From Octopus vulgaris (taxonomy: Eukaryota): 64,000 bases of DNA. The translations under genes and the position numbers were made by a program. Where the stretch lies: the NCBI GenBank assembly GCA_951406725.2, contig OX597843.1:14260001-14324000 (forward strand). Direction: 5' to 3'. How positions within the stretch are numbered: the first letter of the stretch is position 1; every line of letters starts with the position of its first letter. The notes under the pieces were generated by a model, which was not told the DNA's origin, made no database searches, and saw only the letters and a program-made list of their open reading frames with translations. Shown here piece after piece: positions 51,796-64,000 of the stretch.

Positions 51796-52554
51796 TGATA
51801 TATATATATATATATATATATACATACACACATATAGATACAGATAGACAGATAGGGAAATAGATAGACTAATAGAGCAGTGGTTCCCAACTTATGTTAT
51901 GCACCGCACCCCTAAAAACTTTTAATGTGTTCTTGCACCCCTTAAAGTAATAACTTATATAAGAATAAAGGTGCCCAGGGCAATTGCCCTCTTTGCCCCC
52001 CCCCCCCCCTCTAAATCCAGCCCTGGTTGGGAAACCCTACAATAGAGAGAGACAGACAGATGTATAAGAGTACGTGTAGATAAAAAGATAGATAGACAGA
52101 GAGATAAAGAGAGAAAAGTAAGTAGATATAGAGTTACAGGTATATAGGAAAACAGGAATATATATATATATAGAGAGAGAGAGAAAGACAAACAGAGAGA
52201 GAGAGAGACTTAGTTGGAGACTGGGTTAAAGTTACCTCCCTTTACGCATTTTCTCTCGTTCAAGTGTGGACCGATAATACAGTAAAATGGGCCACTCCAT
52301 AAATCCCCTACAACAGTACAATAGACTGGTCCGCAACCTCCCTAGAGACACAACAGTACAAAAAAGCTATCCACATGCACACCTGCACCAAAGTACAACA
52401 GACCACACCATACACCCCTACAACAAACAACAGATTAGTCCAAACCCCTACAATAGTTATAATAGACCAGTCCACCCCACCCCAACAACAGTAGAATAGA
52501 CCAGTCCATGCTCCCACCAAAATACCCCACAGGAGATAAGACCACACACAGCCT

Positions 52555-52959
52555 GGATCTTTTCCGTTTGAACGGCAGTTTTTCTAGCAGTGTCATGAAA
52601 TTGTCACCCATAATTATGACCCTAGTATTGATCTATTGCATTTCAATCTGTTTTAGGGTTAGGGGTGGGGGAAGGGTATCTTTTTTCTTCACAAATGTAA
52701 ATAAACCCAATCTGTTTCTTAAACGAGGAACATATTCATACGGCACAATGTTTTTTTTACCTCAATAGACGTCATTGATTGGTTGAAATTGCAGAAATTG
52801 AAGAAAAAAACAACAATTATCTTACAAACTATAGAATTTTCTCAATAAAGCCAAGAGAAAAGATGTTTTATAAACACATTCTACCAGTATACAAAGTTTT
52901 AAAGGGTTTAGTTAGATGGAAATTATTTTAAAAAACTGCCAGTCAAACCGAAAAGATTC
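52555..52959. mobile_element. Same MITE family
   Basis: TIRs; TSD CACAGCCT/CACAGCCC. Confidence 0.85.
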
Positions 52960-53154
52960 CACAGCCCTTACAGCAGTATAATAAACTACCTCCTACACAC
53001 CCCTCCTACATCACAATGGACCAGTTCACACCCACCTATTACAGTACAAAAGACCAAATCCACACAGTACAATAAACCAAGCTACACAAACCCCTTACCA
53101 TGGTACCCTAGACACACACACACCCTATCCCAGTGCAACGTAATGGTGTCTTAC

Positions 53155-53281
53155 ATTATAGCTGAGCGTCTTCTGTTGGCACCATTTGAGTAAGGCATTC
53201 CGCTTGGATCCTCCCATTTGTCTGGCAAGTCCTACCAAAGGGTCTTTAGCTGCTGCCTCTTTACGTTCCAATTCTGTACAG
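53155..53281 (-). CDS. SPECC1L: Cytospin-A-like exon (start of CH domain)
   Basis: Acceptor CCGTTGCAG; [31 protein letters not shown]; donor AAT|GTAAGA. Confidence 0.93.
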
Positions 53282-54605
53282 CTGCAACGGAGAAAGAAGA
53301 AATAAAAACATAACAAAACCAACACCATCACTGTACCTTTTTTTTAATGTCATCATCATCATCTACAACAAAACAGATTAGTCCAAACCCCTACAATAGT
53401 TATAATAGACCAGTCCACCCCACCCCAACAACAGTACAATAGACCAGTCCATGCTCCCACCAAAAAACCCCACAGGAGATAAGTCCACACACAGCCCGGA
53501 TCTTTTCCGTTTGACCGGCAGTTTTTTCTAGCGGTGTCATGAAATTGTCACCCATAATTATGACCCCAGTATCGATCTATTGCATGGTTCAGTGGTTAGA
53601 GCATGGGGCCCTCAATTGCGAGGTTTCACTGGTACTTAATTTATCGACCACAAAAGGATGAAAGGCAAAGTCGACCTCAGCAGAATTTGAACTCAGAACA
53701 TAGCGATCGGCAATTATATGCAATAAGATGCATACTCTTCTCATTCTTTGAAGAAGAAAAAAATTCTCTACAGAAAAGAAGGACATGCTTAGAAACGATT
53801 ATCTGCCTCCCATGGGGAACAATTCCCTTTTTTTTTGTTCTCTGCCTTTATCCCAGAATATACAGCTTCCAAACCTGAGTTACAGATTAAGTGTCCTACC
53901 TGTTTCTCCACCCCTGAGGGAGAACTCAATCCACCATTAGTGACCCCAGAGGCATGAAAGAAACAAATTGACCTCAGTAGGGCATGAACCCAGACAGACA
54001 GCCCCCCCCCACCACCATTTCCTCTAATTAACAATCAGTCTGTGGCAAAAAAATATCATGATAATTATTTTTATCTGAGACAAAAGTATGTGTGTCATTG
54101 AACAGGTAATTAGTGTAATTATTAATTAACAGTTCATTTTAAGTAATGAGCCTTTTGTGAATGTATTAATTATTTTTGTCAGCTGGTTGTAAGGTGTGTG
54201 TATATGTATGTGTGTTAGCTGGTCATAGAATGTCTTTGTATGAATATATCTACCTATCTATACATATGTGTGTGTGTGTGCGCACGTAAGTGAGGAAGTT
54301 CCATCTTAGGTGTCCAAGGGTTCTGAGTAAGTACAGTTACCCCCTCAGGGACCAATCCAACTCCCAGGTCATCTCTGGTCCCTAGTCCTAGATCCTGTGG
54401 CTAACACAGCAGAGAAGTCACAAAAAGGTTAGTCCCTAGACAGATGTCACACAAACCTATCAATGCCCTAACTAAGGGTTAAATAGCCCCATGGATCACA
54501 CAGGCACACCCCGTTATGTGAACCAGTCTGCTACCAAAGAACTAAAAAGGCTCTGGGCAAATAGTGTAGTCTTGAGACTTAGGCATACAATCATTGATGC
54601 CATAA

Positions 54606-54992
54606 GGAGTGGCTGTGTGGTAAGTAGCTTGCTTACCAACCACGTAGTTCCAGGTTCAGTCCCACTGCGTGGCACTTTGGGCAAGTGTCTTCTACTATAG
54701 CCTCTCGGGCTGACCAAAGCTTTGAGAGTGGATTTGGTAGACGGAAACTGAAAGAAGCTCGTTGTATATATATCTATATGCATTTGTGTGTCTGTGTTTA
54801 TCCCCCTAGCATTGATTGACAACCGATGCTGGTGTGTTTATGTCCCCGTTACTTAGCAGTTCGGCAAAAGATACCGATAGAATAAGTACTGGGCTTACAA
54901 AAGAATAAGTCCCAGTGTCGAGTTGCTCTATTAAAGGCAGTGCTCCAGTATGGCCACAGTCAAATGACTGAAAACAAGTAAAAGAGTAAAAG
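54606..54992 (+). mobile_element. SINE family A, full length
   Basis: Co-linear with 2311-2690. Confidence 0.85.
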
Positions 54993-55432
54993 AACAAGTT
55001 TCTTATTTAAAAGTTTAATGGGTCCTTGGTACCAGGGTGCTTTGCAGGACTATGGGTTACCAATGGCTGGATTTCCTATCCAACCAATGACTCTACTCAG
55101 AAACTGGGATACCTCCTGTTGTTTGGAAGGTTTGGGAATGCCAGCTCAGAACCGCCTGGCCATGTTGCTCAGTTTCCCAGGTTAAAGCCTGCTGACCATG
55201 TTCTCTCTTCACCGAGGACCAGGCTATTCAACCACAAGCCACATGGTGCTGCCACATGAGGAGGTATCCCATGGAGATGGAGACTGACTGGGGGTTCTGC
55301 TAAACATCCAGGAATTAGGTGCCAACAAAAAGTGGACGCAGCAACGTGCTGCAGCCACACCTGACCTGATCCCAGACAACTAAAATGCTTCAAATAAATC
55401 TCTGAACAAGATGTAAACAGTAACCGCTTGAC

Positions 55433-55853
55433 AACGTAAAGTATACTAGCCATCTGATTATGGCTAACCACTAAGGGTGGGTGTTACTGTAGCTTGTAGC
55501 CCCAGGAGAACATCGTCTCCAGCTGGCTTTAGACACACTTTCTGTGCCCTTATGTGACAGTGACAGTGGTTGCTGGGAAAAACATTAAATAGATATTCGC
55601 AAACAGGTCTCTCCTCATCGAAAACTGGTGATTGCCGTACGTTGACAAGAGGGCCGTACATTGACAAGAGGCAAATTACCTCGAAACTGCAGTCCGTGCG
55701 TATCACTTAGGTTTATGAGAGAGGGATGACCTCCCTTTGCAAATACCATAAGGGCAAAGCCAGCTGGAGACGATGATCTCCTGGGGCTAAAAGCTTCAGT
55801 AACACCCACCCTTAGTGGTTAGCCATATTGAGATGGCTAGTATACTTTACGTT
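55433..55853. repeat. Inverted repeat with ~98-bp arms (55433-55530 and 55756-55853)
   Basis: AACGTAAAGTATACTAGCCATC...CCAGCTGGCTTT against its reverse complement, few mismatches. Confidence 0.8.
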
Positions 55854-55954
55854 AAAATGCTTCTGACCAAAGGTTAACCAACAACAACAATGTGCCCTCC
55901 TCCACTGCTCACATCTACACAACAACAACAACAAGATTAAGTAGGGTTACTCAC

Positions 55955-58917
55955 CAGATTCCACTATTGCGCCTACTGCTGCTCCGGGACGACAAGATAG
56001 ACGAGATGGACGGTGACACTTTCGAATGTTCAGACTCATTTCGGTTGTTCTGCTGAACCGGTTTCAATTCCTTGCCTTTCTCAAACGTCGTGCCGAGCGG
56101 TTGCAGGGGTGATAGCTTCTCAGCAGCAGGTCGCTTCAAGACAGACCTCAGTGGCAGTTCCGACGACCCCTGGGGTGACAGATCAGTGGGCGTCGACGGG
56201 GACTTGGCATCAGTGAGGTCACTGTTGGATGGGGACAGGGGGCAGCACACGAGCTCCAATGAGCTGCGACGAGAGCTGTTCTCGCTCGAGTGGATCGATG
56301 AGTTGCCACTCTTCACTTGATCCTCGATTGACCGGATCAGGTTCTTCACAGACATCGTTTGGTTCTTGCTGTCCATACGTCGGCCTTCTCGCAGCGCAAT
56401 CAACTCCCGATCGACTGAGCTAAGCATTTTACCTTTTAGCTCAGCAGGCGAGAAGATTGGCTTTGATGACCGTTCGTCCCAGGAGCGCAGTTTCACGCTG
56501 TCCAGCTCATCCTTTGCTTTGCTCAGCTGACTCTGCAACGACTTCAGTTTCTCCCGCATTGACGCATTCTCACAGACCAGCCGTTCCATATCCTCCTGGG
56601 TCTCTGTCCGGAAATCATTAGCAATGACCACTGCCACCTGCAGGTCTTTCTGGAACTGCTTCCACTCCTCGGATTCCTCTTCGTGTCGGTGATGGACGTC
56701 ATGCAGTTCTGACTCCATGACCGACTTCTGCCGAAGCAGGTCTTTGATTTCCTGTTGCAGTTCTTGGATCTTTGCATTGCACCTCTTCACATCGTCACGG
56801 TAACGGTCACAGTCCTGTTCCAGCTGTTCAATGTGGTCCCGCAGTGTTTCCTCTTCCTGCTGAATGTCCACACGTTCCTTCTGCATTGCGTCTACCTTCA
56901 GCTCCAGTTCAGAGATCCTTGTTTTGGAGTTTGACTTGAGGCCCCTCACCTCTTCCTCACGTGCCATCAGGGTCCCGCGCACTTTTTCCATCTCTCGTTG
57001 CAACAGCAAAATCTCTTCTGTCATGTTGGTCACCTTCATCTCCATCTCATCCTTCTCCTTCCGAGTGGTCAACAGCAGCTGTTCAAGGTCAGACTTGTTG
57101 TCCTGAGCCAACTGCATTTGCTCCAGCTTTTCGACCTTTGACCGCTCGCATTCCAGCATGGTCTTGTACCGGGTCATCTCAATCCTGTCGTCCGACAGTG
57201 ACTGCTTCATCTCGGAAATCAGTTTCTCCGAGTTCTCTTTCTCTTCGGTCAATGTATCCACCTCACCCTGGAGCAGCTGTGTTTTGTCCCGAAGGGCACT
57301 CACAAGTTCCTGTGCCTCTCGGTTCTCGGTGATGGCCATCTGGAGCTCATTCGAATACTCGTCCTGTTTGCGCAGCATCTCTTCTCGCTCGATCGATGCA
57401 CTCTTGAGCAAATCAATCATTTGTTGTTCTCGCTCTGTGCTGTTTATCAGACTGCTGTTGATCAATAATGACTTCAGGTGCTCCAGCTGGGTGCGACAGT
57501 GCTCCAGCTTCTCAGTCTGCGTGCACAGCGACTCAAGCACGACGCCTCGTTCGTCTGCAAGCTTCTCGTTATCCTCAGTCAATTCGTTCACCATGTCCTG
57601 GAGATCGCTAAGTTCCTGCAATGTTGCCTGTAGTTCCTCGTTAGTGCTGTAATGAGTCTCTTCCATCTGAAGGATCCGCTCCGTGAGGCACGCCACCGAC
57701 ACCTCACTCATTGCGTCGCTGCTTTTGTTGCTCTGTTTGTCCCAGCCGACATTGTCCAGCGACAGCTCCGAGGGGTGTTCTGGTGTGCCACACAGGTCAT
57801 CCAACGTCAAGCCCGGTTCGGACATGGGATAGTCGTAATGCCTCGGACAAGGTTCTCGCAGAGAGTCAAAATTGGATAGATTATCACAACTTATGCTTGA
57901 CGGCATCACTTTGCTAGCAGGTTCACTTTGGTTTGACGATGGTGGACTTGGGGTCTTCTTTGGCATGGAAATTTTCTCAGCATCGGGGAGTTGCTCAATA
58001 GAGATACCAAATTCCTTTAAGCGTTCTTGAAGAACTTTGTTCTGATTCCTAAGCAACTCACATTCCTCTCGAAGATCCTGAGATGGGATTTGTTCTTTAA
58101 GATTCCTTATCTCGTACTTGTGCCTCTCAATCTCTGCTTTCCGCCCTTCAGTGATCTGGATCAATTCTGAAATGCGGTTTTCCAGGGCCTTTTTCTCACG
58201 CTCAAAATTGGCAAGCAGCTCGGCATTGTACGCCATCACATCAGCCGGTGCCGAAGTCCTCTTACGTACCGTCTTATCTTTGGTCATGCTTTGTGAACTG
58301 TGTGCCCGCTTCATCGAAGAGTGGGTCTTGCCACTGGAGTGTAAACCCGCCGACCCCGTCGTGAAAACGCCTTTGCCAGTTTTATCAATGTTCTGGGTAC
58401 TCGATGCTTTGCGGATGGTTGAATTTACACCTGTGGCAGTCCGTCCACCTTTGGTCGTCGTTGACGACGAAGATGTCGTCGTCGTTGTAGCTGCTGTCGT
58501 TGACGATGTGGTGATTGTTGCCGAAGTCCCAGTCGGGGCCGGTTTCGCAAACACCACATTCTTCTCCTTCTCTTTGAGGACATTCTCCTTGTTGCTGCTC
58601 GTCTTGCTAACGCCGGTCCCACCGCTGTTTACCTTTGGTCTGTCCGGTAACAGAGACAGCTGCTTCTTCTTCTTCTGCTGTTGGTGGGTGGTGAGGTTTT
58701 CGTGGCTTTTGCTCAGATATTGTTTACTGAGTGGGGCACCCATTATTTTTCTTGAGGACGGTGTGGATGTAGAGATGGTGCTAAGTCCGGAGTTCTCAGA
58801 TTTCGATCGCATCGGTGCCACCGTTTCGGTGGCTGTCGTCATTGTCGTGGTGGTGGTGGTGGTACTGTTGCTGCTGACTACAAACATCTTGGAGGGCCCT
58901 TTCTCTTGCTTCTTCAT
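55955..58917 (-). CDS. SPECC1L: Cytospin-A / SPECC1L-like protein, large coding exon (S/T-rich N-terminus and long coiled coil)
   Basis: 988-aa ORF with SPECC1-family motifs SEVSVACLTERILQMEETHYSTNEELQATLQELSDLQ and EEWKQFQKDLQVAVVIANDFRTE. Acceptor TTTTACAG (exon starts 58941); donor TG|GTGAGT, phase 2. Confidence 0.93.
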
Positions 58918-59065
58918 GGTAAGAACCTTCTGGCCAACTTTCTGTAAAAAAAAAAGAAAAAAAAAGACAAGTTATTAAACAATAGCAAAAAAAAAAAAGA
59001 GAACACCAAAAACAAAAGGACAAACTAAAAAAAAAGGGACGCTGGAAATAGTAACGACCCCTTAA

Positions 59066-59286
59066 ACCTTTAGCATTTAAACCGGCCATATCCGGCCAAA
59101 AGTATTCTGCCTGTTTTATGTCCAAACTGGCCAGATTTGGTCTCTCACACCAACCCCACAATATCACTTTAAAAATTAACAGCTTCCTCATCAAAATCTC
59201 ATAAATACAAGATAATGCAAGATTAGCTCAAACCAATGTGGATAAAAAGGGATTAGTTTTGGCAGAATAATGCGACCACTAAAGGG
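59066..59286. mobile_element. TTAA-flanked MITE (piggyBac/Kolobok-type target)
   Basis: TTAA-ACCTTTAG...CTAAAGGG-TTAA short TIRs with TTAA on both sides. Confidence 0.6.
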
Positions 59287-59369
59287 TTAAATGACAAAAT
59301 GGTTGCATGATGGCATGTGCCAAATGGGGACTGGGCTGGAATAACTGTATCCACATAACTACATCCACA

Positions 59370-59582
59370 CCAGAAGGTTCTTACCATGAAGAAGCAAGAG
59401 AAAGGGCCCTCCAAGATGTTTGTAGTCAGCAGCAACAGTACCACCACCACCACCACGACAATGACGACAGCCACCGAAACGGTGGCACCGATGCGATCGA
59501 AATCTGAGAACTCCGGACTTAGCACCATCTCTACATCCACACCGTCCTCAAGAAAAATAATGGGTGCCCCACTCAGTAAACA
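59370..59582 (+). repeat. Perfect 213-bp inverted duplicate of 58721-58933 (cytospin 5' UTR, ATG and first ~65 codons)
   Basis: Base-by-base reverse-complement comparison shows no mismatch; explains ORF 59386-59694 (MKKQEKGPSK...). Confidence 0.95.
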
Positions 59583-59800
59583 TAAAGAACTTCTTTCAGT
59601 TTCCGTCTACCAAATCCATTTACAAGGCTTTGTTGGCCTGGGGCTAAGTAGGAGACACCTTGACCAAGGTGCTGAGCACCGAGATGGAACTTGAAACCTT
59701 GTGGTTGGGAAGTAAACTTCTTACGACATGGCCATCCCTACACCTACACACACATATCCTATATGCATGTACCTGTCTGGCTTCTCCTACTGTATTTCTG

Positions 59801-59838
<38 letters not shown>

Positions 59839-59841
<3 letters not shown>

Positions 59842-61017
59842 GGGTGCAGTGAATAAGACTGACATTTCATTCTAACAGATATATTTACCAAAATTACACA
59901 AAAATATCTTCAAAGAGTAAATTTATTCAACCATAACCCCCAGATGACCTTGGAATCTCCTCCAACTCTTCTTGATGGTCTCCTTGTTTAAGTTGGTGAA
60001 TGCTGCCGTAATCCTTGCCTTAAGTTCATCTTTGGTGTTACAAGGAGTTTTGTTGGTCTCTCACTCAACTGTGCCCCACACATAATAATCAAGGGAGGGA
60101 TCTTTTCAGTTTGACCGGCAGTTTTTTAAAATCATTTCTAGTTAACTAAACACTTTTAAACTTGGTATACTAGTAGAATGTGTTTATTAAACATCTTTTT
60201 CTTTTGGCTTTATTGAGAAAATTCTATAGTTTCTAAGATATTTGTTGTTTTTTTCTTCAATTTCTGCAATTTCAACCAATCAATGAAAACTATTGAGGTA
60301 AAAAAACATTGTGTGCTGTATGAATATGTCCCTCGTTTAAGAAACAGATTGGGTTTATTTACATTTGTGAAGAAAAAAAGATACCTTCCTCCCCACCCTA
60401 ACCCTAAAACAGATCGAAATGCAATAGATCGATACTAGGGTCATATTTATGGGTGACAATTTCATATGACACCGCTAGAAAAAACTGCCGTTCAAACCGA
60501 AAAGATCCGAAGGGGGTTGCAGTCTGGGGAGTAAGGTGCCTAGATGTTAAGGGTGTTGTGGTTACAGAAATTGTCTGACAGCCATGGTGCAGAGTCCTGT
60601 TACCAGACATAGGGTCTTGCAGCAGCCACCCTCTTGACCCAGGGCAGCACCACCTCCTTCAGGTACTTGATGTAGGCATAACATCACCATCACTAGTGAT
60701 CACTCCAAACACCATGATGCTGACTGGATGTTTGATTTTTATCACTCTTGGTACATGTTTTGGGGACACAGCAAGTCCTTAGATTGACACCCAAACACTC
60801 TGAAAATGTCTGTATTGGAGCTTTCAAAGCGAATACCAAGCAGTACATTATGTTGTTTCCAAATTTCTGACAGACTGAATTGTGCCATGGCACTGTTTTT
60901 GTCCCAGACAGTGCCCAACTGACCCTACTATACTGTGTAGCTGACAAAATCAAGAACAAACAATGCACAGGGGCGAAATTAAAAATATAAAATGGCAACA
61001 ATTTACCCATCGCACCC
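59839..61017 (-). mobile_element. Decayed Tc1/mariner-superfamily DNA transposon
   Basis: Minus strand gives fragments KHPVSIMVFGVITSDG, YVW*QDSAP, YSPDCNPL/DYYVWG and DELKARITAAF with stops and deletions. CAGGGTGC-type ends; related end fragment at ~1330-1590. Confidence 0.75.
60098..60508. mobile_element. Same MITE family, inserted into a Tc1/mariner transposase relic
   Basis: TIRs; decayed TSD CAAGGGAG/GAAGGGGG; splits the SPDCNPL/DYYVWG motif. Confidence 0.85.
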
Positions 61018-61562
61018 CACATGTATGTATGTGTGTGTATGTATATATATATATATATAAAGTTAATCCAAACAAGAAAACAAAAACCAAAAAACAACAA
61101 CGCGAGGACGTGGAACAAATAAAGTATTATTGGACGCTCAGGAAAGAAGGACGCTTTGACGTTTCGAGCGGAGCTCTTCGTGGGAAACATAGGAGAAGGA
61201 AAGATCCAGAGAAGGGAAGACGGGGAAAAAAAAAAAATCGCTAGTGATACAGACGAGGTCACATACGACAGGCTTCTTTCAGTTTCTGTCTACCAAATCC
61301 ACTCACAAGTGTTTGGTCGGCCCGAGGCAATAGTAGAAGACACTTGCCAAAGGTGCCACACAGTGGGAATGAACCCAGAACCATGTGGTTGGTAAGCAAG
61401 CTACTTACCACACATCCACGCCTGTAATGACAATATTATAACACACTACAATACATGGGTCCACTCTAAGGGGACATGAACTATAGGGATGATGATGATG
61501 ATGATGATAGCCGTACAACAGCCACACAAACACACCATGAAACTCAACAAGACCTGACTCAC

Positions 61563-61900
61563 AGAACAGATTGAGCAAGGACATTTGGGACATCGATGGT
61601 GGTGGTGGTGGTGGGTAGTGGTGACAGTAGTGATGGTGTGGTGGAGGTAGTGGCTGTGGTACTATGGGAATGGTAGCTGCAGTATGGGTGGTATAGTGAC
61701 AGCAGTTATGTGGTGTAGTAGTAGTAGTAGTGGTGGTAGTGCTAGTTGAAATCCTATCACACAAGTGTCTCAAAGGTGAAGGTGGTGGTGCAAAAGAAGT
61801 GTCTTCGAGATCCGAGGCAGTGGAGCACCCACCAATGGTGAAGAGTGCAAAAAAAATCACAAGAGAGTGGACAACAACCTGCCTCCACCCTCTCTTTCTT
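61563..61900 (-). other. Possible upstream 5' UTR exon of the cytospin gene; 5' boundary unknown
   Basis: Minus-strand donor TCT|GTGAGT at 61563/61562 ending a non-transposon, trinucleotide-rich stretch. The coding exon has an acceptor at 58942, so an upstream exon is required. Confidence 0.35.
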
Positions 61901-62157
61901 ATATCCCCCCCCCCCCCCGTATTTCCTCCTCCTCCTCCTCTCCTATATTTTAACTGCTACCCCACCCCCTATTCTCTCTGTATCTATCTTCATTTCTGTA
62001 TCCCTCTATACACTAACTCTCCCTCTTTCCCTGTCCATCTCTCTCTATTTCTCTGCATCTGTCTGTGTGTCTCTCACTGTCTCTCAGTTTCCGATGGAGG
62101 AAAAACAGTAGTTAAGGGTGAGTGGGGGGAGAGAGAGAGAGAGAAAGAAAGAAAGAA

Positions 62158-62213
<56 letters not shown>

Positions 62214-64000
62214 TGATGATGTGACCTTTTTATAGGTTATTACTGGATTATATAAACTGCACACGTGGGAAAGTGTGTGTGTGTGTGTTTATATACACAC
62301 ACAAACACACAAGTGTGCATAAGTTTGTATACACACATACTTGTATATACACACACATACACAAGTAAGCTGGACAATAATTACTTCACTGGTACTCAAC
62401 CACCACCACCACCACCACCACCACCACCACCACCACCACCACCACCATACAGTAATACAAAGCTGAACCATAATTAGCAATTTGGAAAATTAATAGTCTG
62501 GGGGGAACTGGTGGGGGAGGGAGAAAGGAGAGGGGGAGAGAATGAGAGAGAGAGAGAGAGAAAGGTAAGTGAAAATAAGATGAGGAAGAAAGCAGAATGA
62601 AGGGAAAAAGATTTGAAGATAACCCCTACCCTGCTCCCCAACACACTATTAATAGCAAGAAGTGTGTGTGTGTGTTGTGGGGGTTCCTCTGAAAGTGGGG
62701 GATAGGTAATAAACAGTCCTTCAACTAAGACAATGTAAAACAAGAAGAAAAGAAAAAACTGGAAGCAGAATGGGGGACAAAGCATCTGCTGAGTTGAGTG
62801 AGGCAACTGGTGTCTCACTGTTTATAATGACTAATTTAGAGCAGACCTTGTCTATCTTTTGTAGCTTAGTGACCCCCTACCACTGAATGGAATGGCATAT
62901 CATTAATGCTCCCCTGGGTCTTGGGGGGGGGGGGCAGATTTTTAATCAAATAGAAGCAAATTTTGCTCAGTGTTTAACTGTCCAAATTTCTTAATCTATT
63001 CCACTGGACATGTTTGTCCACCTTTTAGCGCCCTCTATGTTCAGTTTTTATGGAAACTACTGAAGAAAGTGAGGCCTTTTAAAATGAAAGTATTTTGCAC
63101 ATTGGTACAGCATCAGTCATTAGACTGTGGCCATGCTGGGGCAACACCTTGAAGAATATTTTGGTGAATGAATTAACCCCAGTTCTTACGTTTTTTGAAA
63201 GCCTAATTATTATTCTGTTGGTCTCTTTTACCAAACTGCAAAGCTACAAGGACATAAACACACCGAAAGGCGTGTTTATGTGGCAGGGAACAAAGACACA
63301 CCTATCATCATTTAACATTCATTTTCCATGCTGGCATGGGTTAGATGGTTTGACTGGAACCAGAAAGCCAGAGAGCCACCATCAACTTCTACTGTCTGAT
63401 CTGGCATGGTTTCTATGGCCGGATGCCCTTCCGAACACCAACCACTTCACAGAGTGGCACTGGGTGTCATTTACATGCTACCAGCACGGGTACCTTTTGT
63501 GTCTCAGAGAGGCTTCTTTCAGTTTCTGTTTACCAAATCCAAACACTAGATTTTGGTCAGTCTGTGACTTATAACAAAAGAGACTTGTCCAAGGTTTCAC
63601 ACAACGGGACTGAACCTGGAACCATGTGGTTGGGAAGCAAGCTCCTTGCCACACCGCCACACCGATGCCTATTCACTAACATAATCTCCTTCTTCTACAC
63701 GTAAGACATTCGAGTGGACTTGTGCCTTCTCTTTTAAATGACTAAAGAAGATGAAGACTTCTAGAATGAAATTCTATTGGACCTTGCTACAAACATCAAT
63801 CGTGTTTTCTGCTCCCCTCATACACAACCACCTCCTCATACACAAAAGACATAAGTAGGGACTGACCTGGGGTTAAACAACATGGAAGGGCATGATGTTG
63901 CTCTTAATGCACTATTTCTGAATAAAAGACAGGGTGGTCATAGCTGGAACATCTTTGATTACTTGTGGCTGTGGTATCAGGCGATATAAGGCGGCGAACT

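Noticed and set aside
58118-58978. 286-aa antisense ORF and other + strand ORFs over the cytospin exon
   Set aside because: Shadow ORFs of a long coding exon.
59386-59694. ORF starting MKKQEKGPSK as a cytospin paralog or small gene
   Set aside because: It is the 213-bp inverted duplicate reading on into a SINE; no promoter or splice evidence.

Overview
AT-rich, repeat-dense animal genomic DNA. The SINE, LINE-tail and microsatellite content looks like an octopus (coleoid cephalopod) genome; this is inferred from recognising the repeats, not from a search. Two convergent spliced genes can be assembled by hand with GT-AG junctions and consistent phases. (1) On the + strand, a 949-aa C2H2 zinc-finger / coiled-coil / BEN-domain protein: coding exons 14488-16353, 19856-20165, 23043-23309, 28146-28237, 30712-30907 and 34550-34668, with a probable non-coding first exon ending at 3952. 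(2) On the - strand, a 1122-aa cytospin-A/SPECC1L-like coiled-coil plus calponin-homology protein: coding exons 58917-55955, 53281-53155, 50864-50748, 47218-47159 and 43883-43782. Most remaining ORFs in the track are microsatellite or repeat artefacts. Introns are filled with tRNA-derived SINEs, RTE-like LINE 3' ends, MITEs, Tc1/mariner relics, a non-autonomous Helitron and minisatellites. The most notable observations are: a perfect 213-bp inverted copy of the start of the cytospin coding exon just upstream of it, predicting a long exon:intron dsRNA over the start codon (a candidate newly formed ADAR editing substrate); a U6 snRNA-LINE 3'-end chimeric retrocopy; a 5S rRNA-SINE fusion; several microsatellite-embedded elements with decayed minimal hammerhead-ribozyme cores; and repeated short locally templated insertions and fold-backs. 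Repeat boundaries are approximate; exon boundaries were counted from the sequence.
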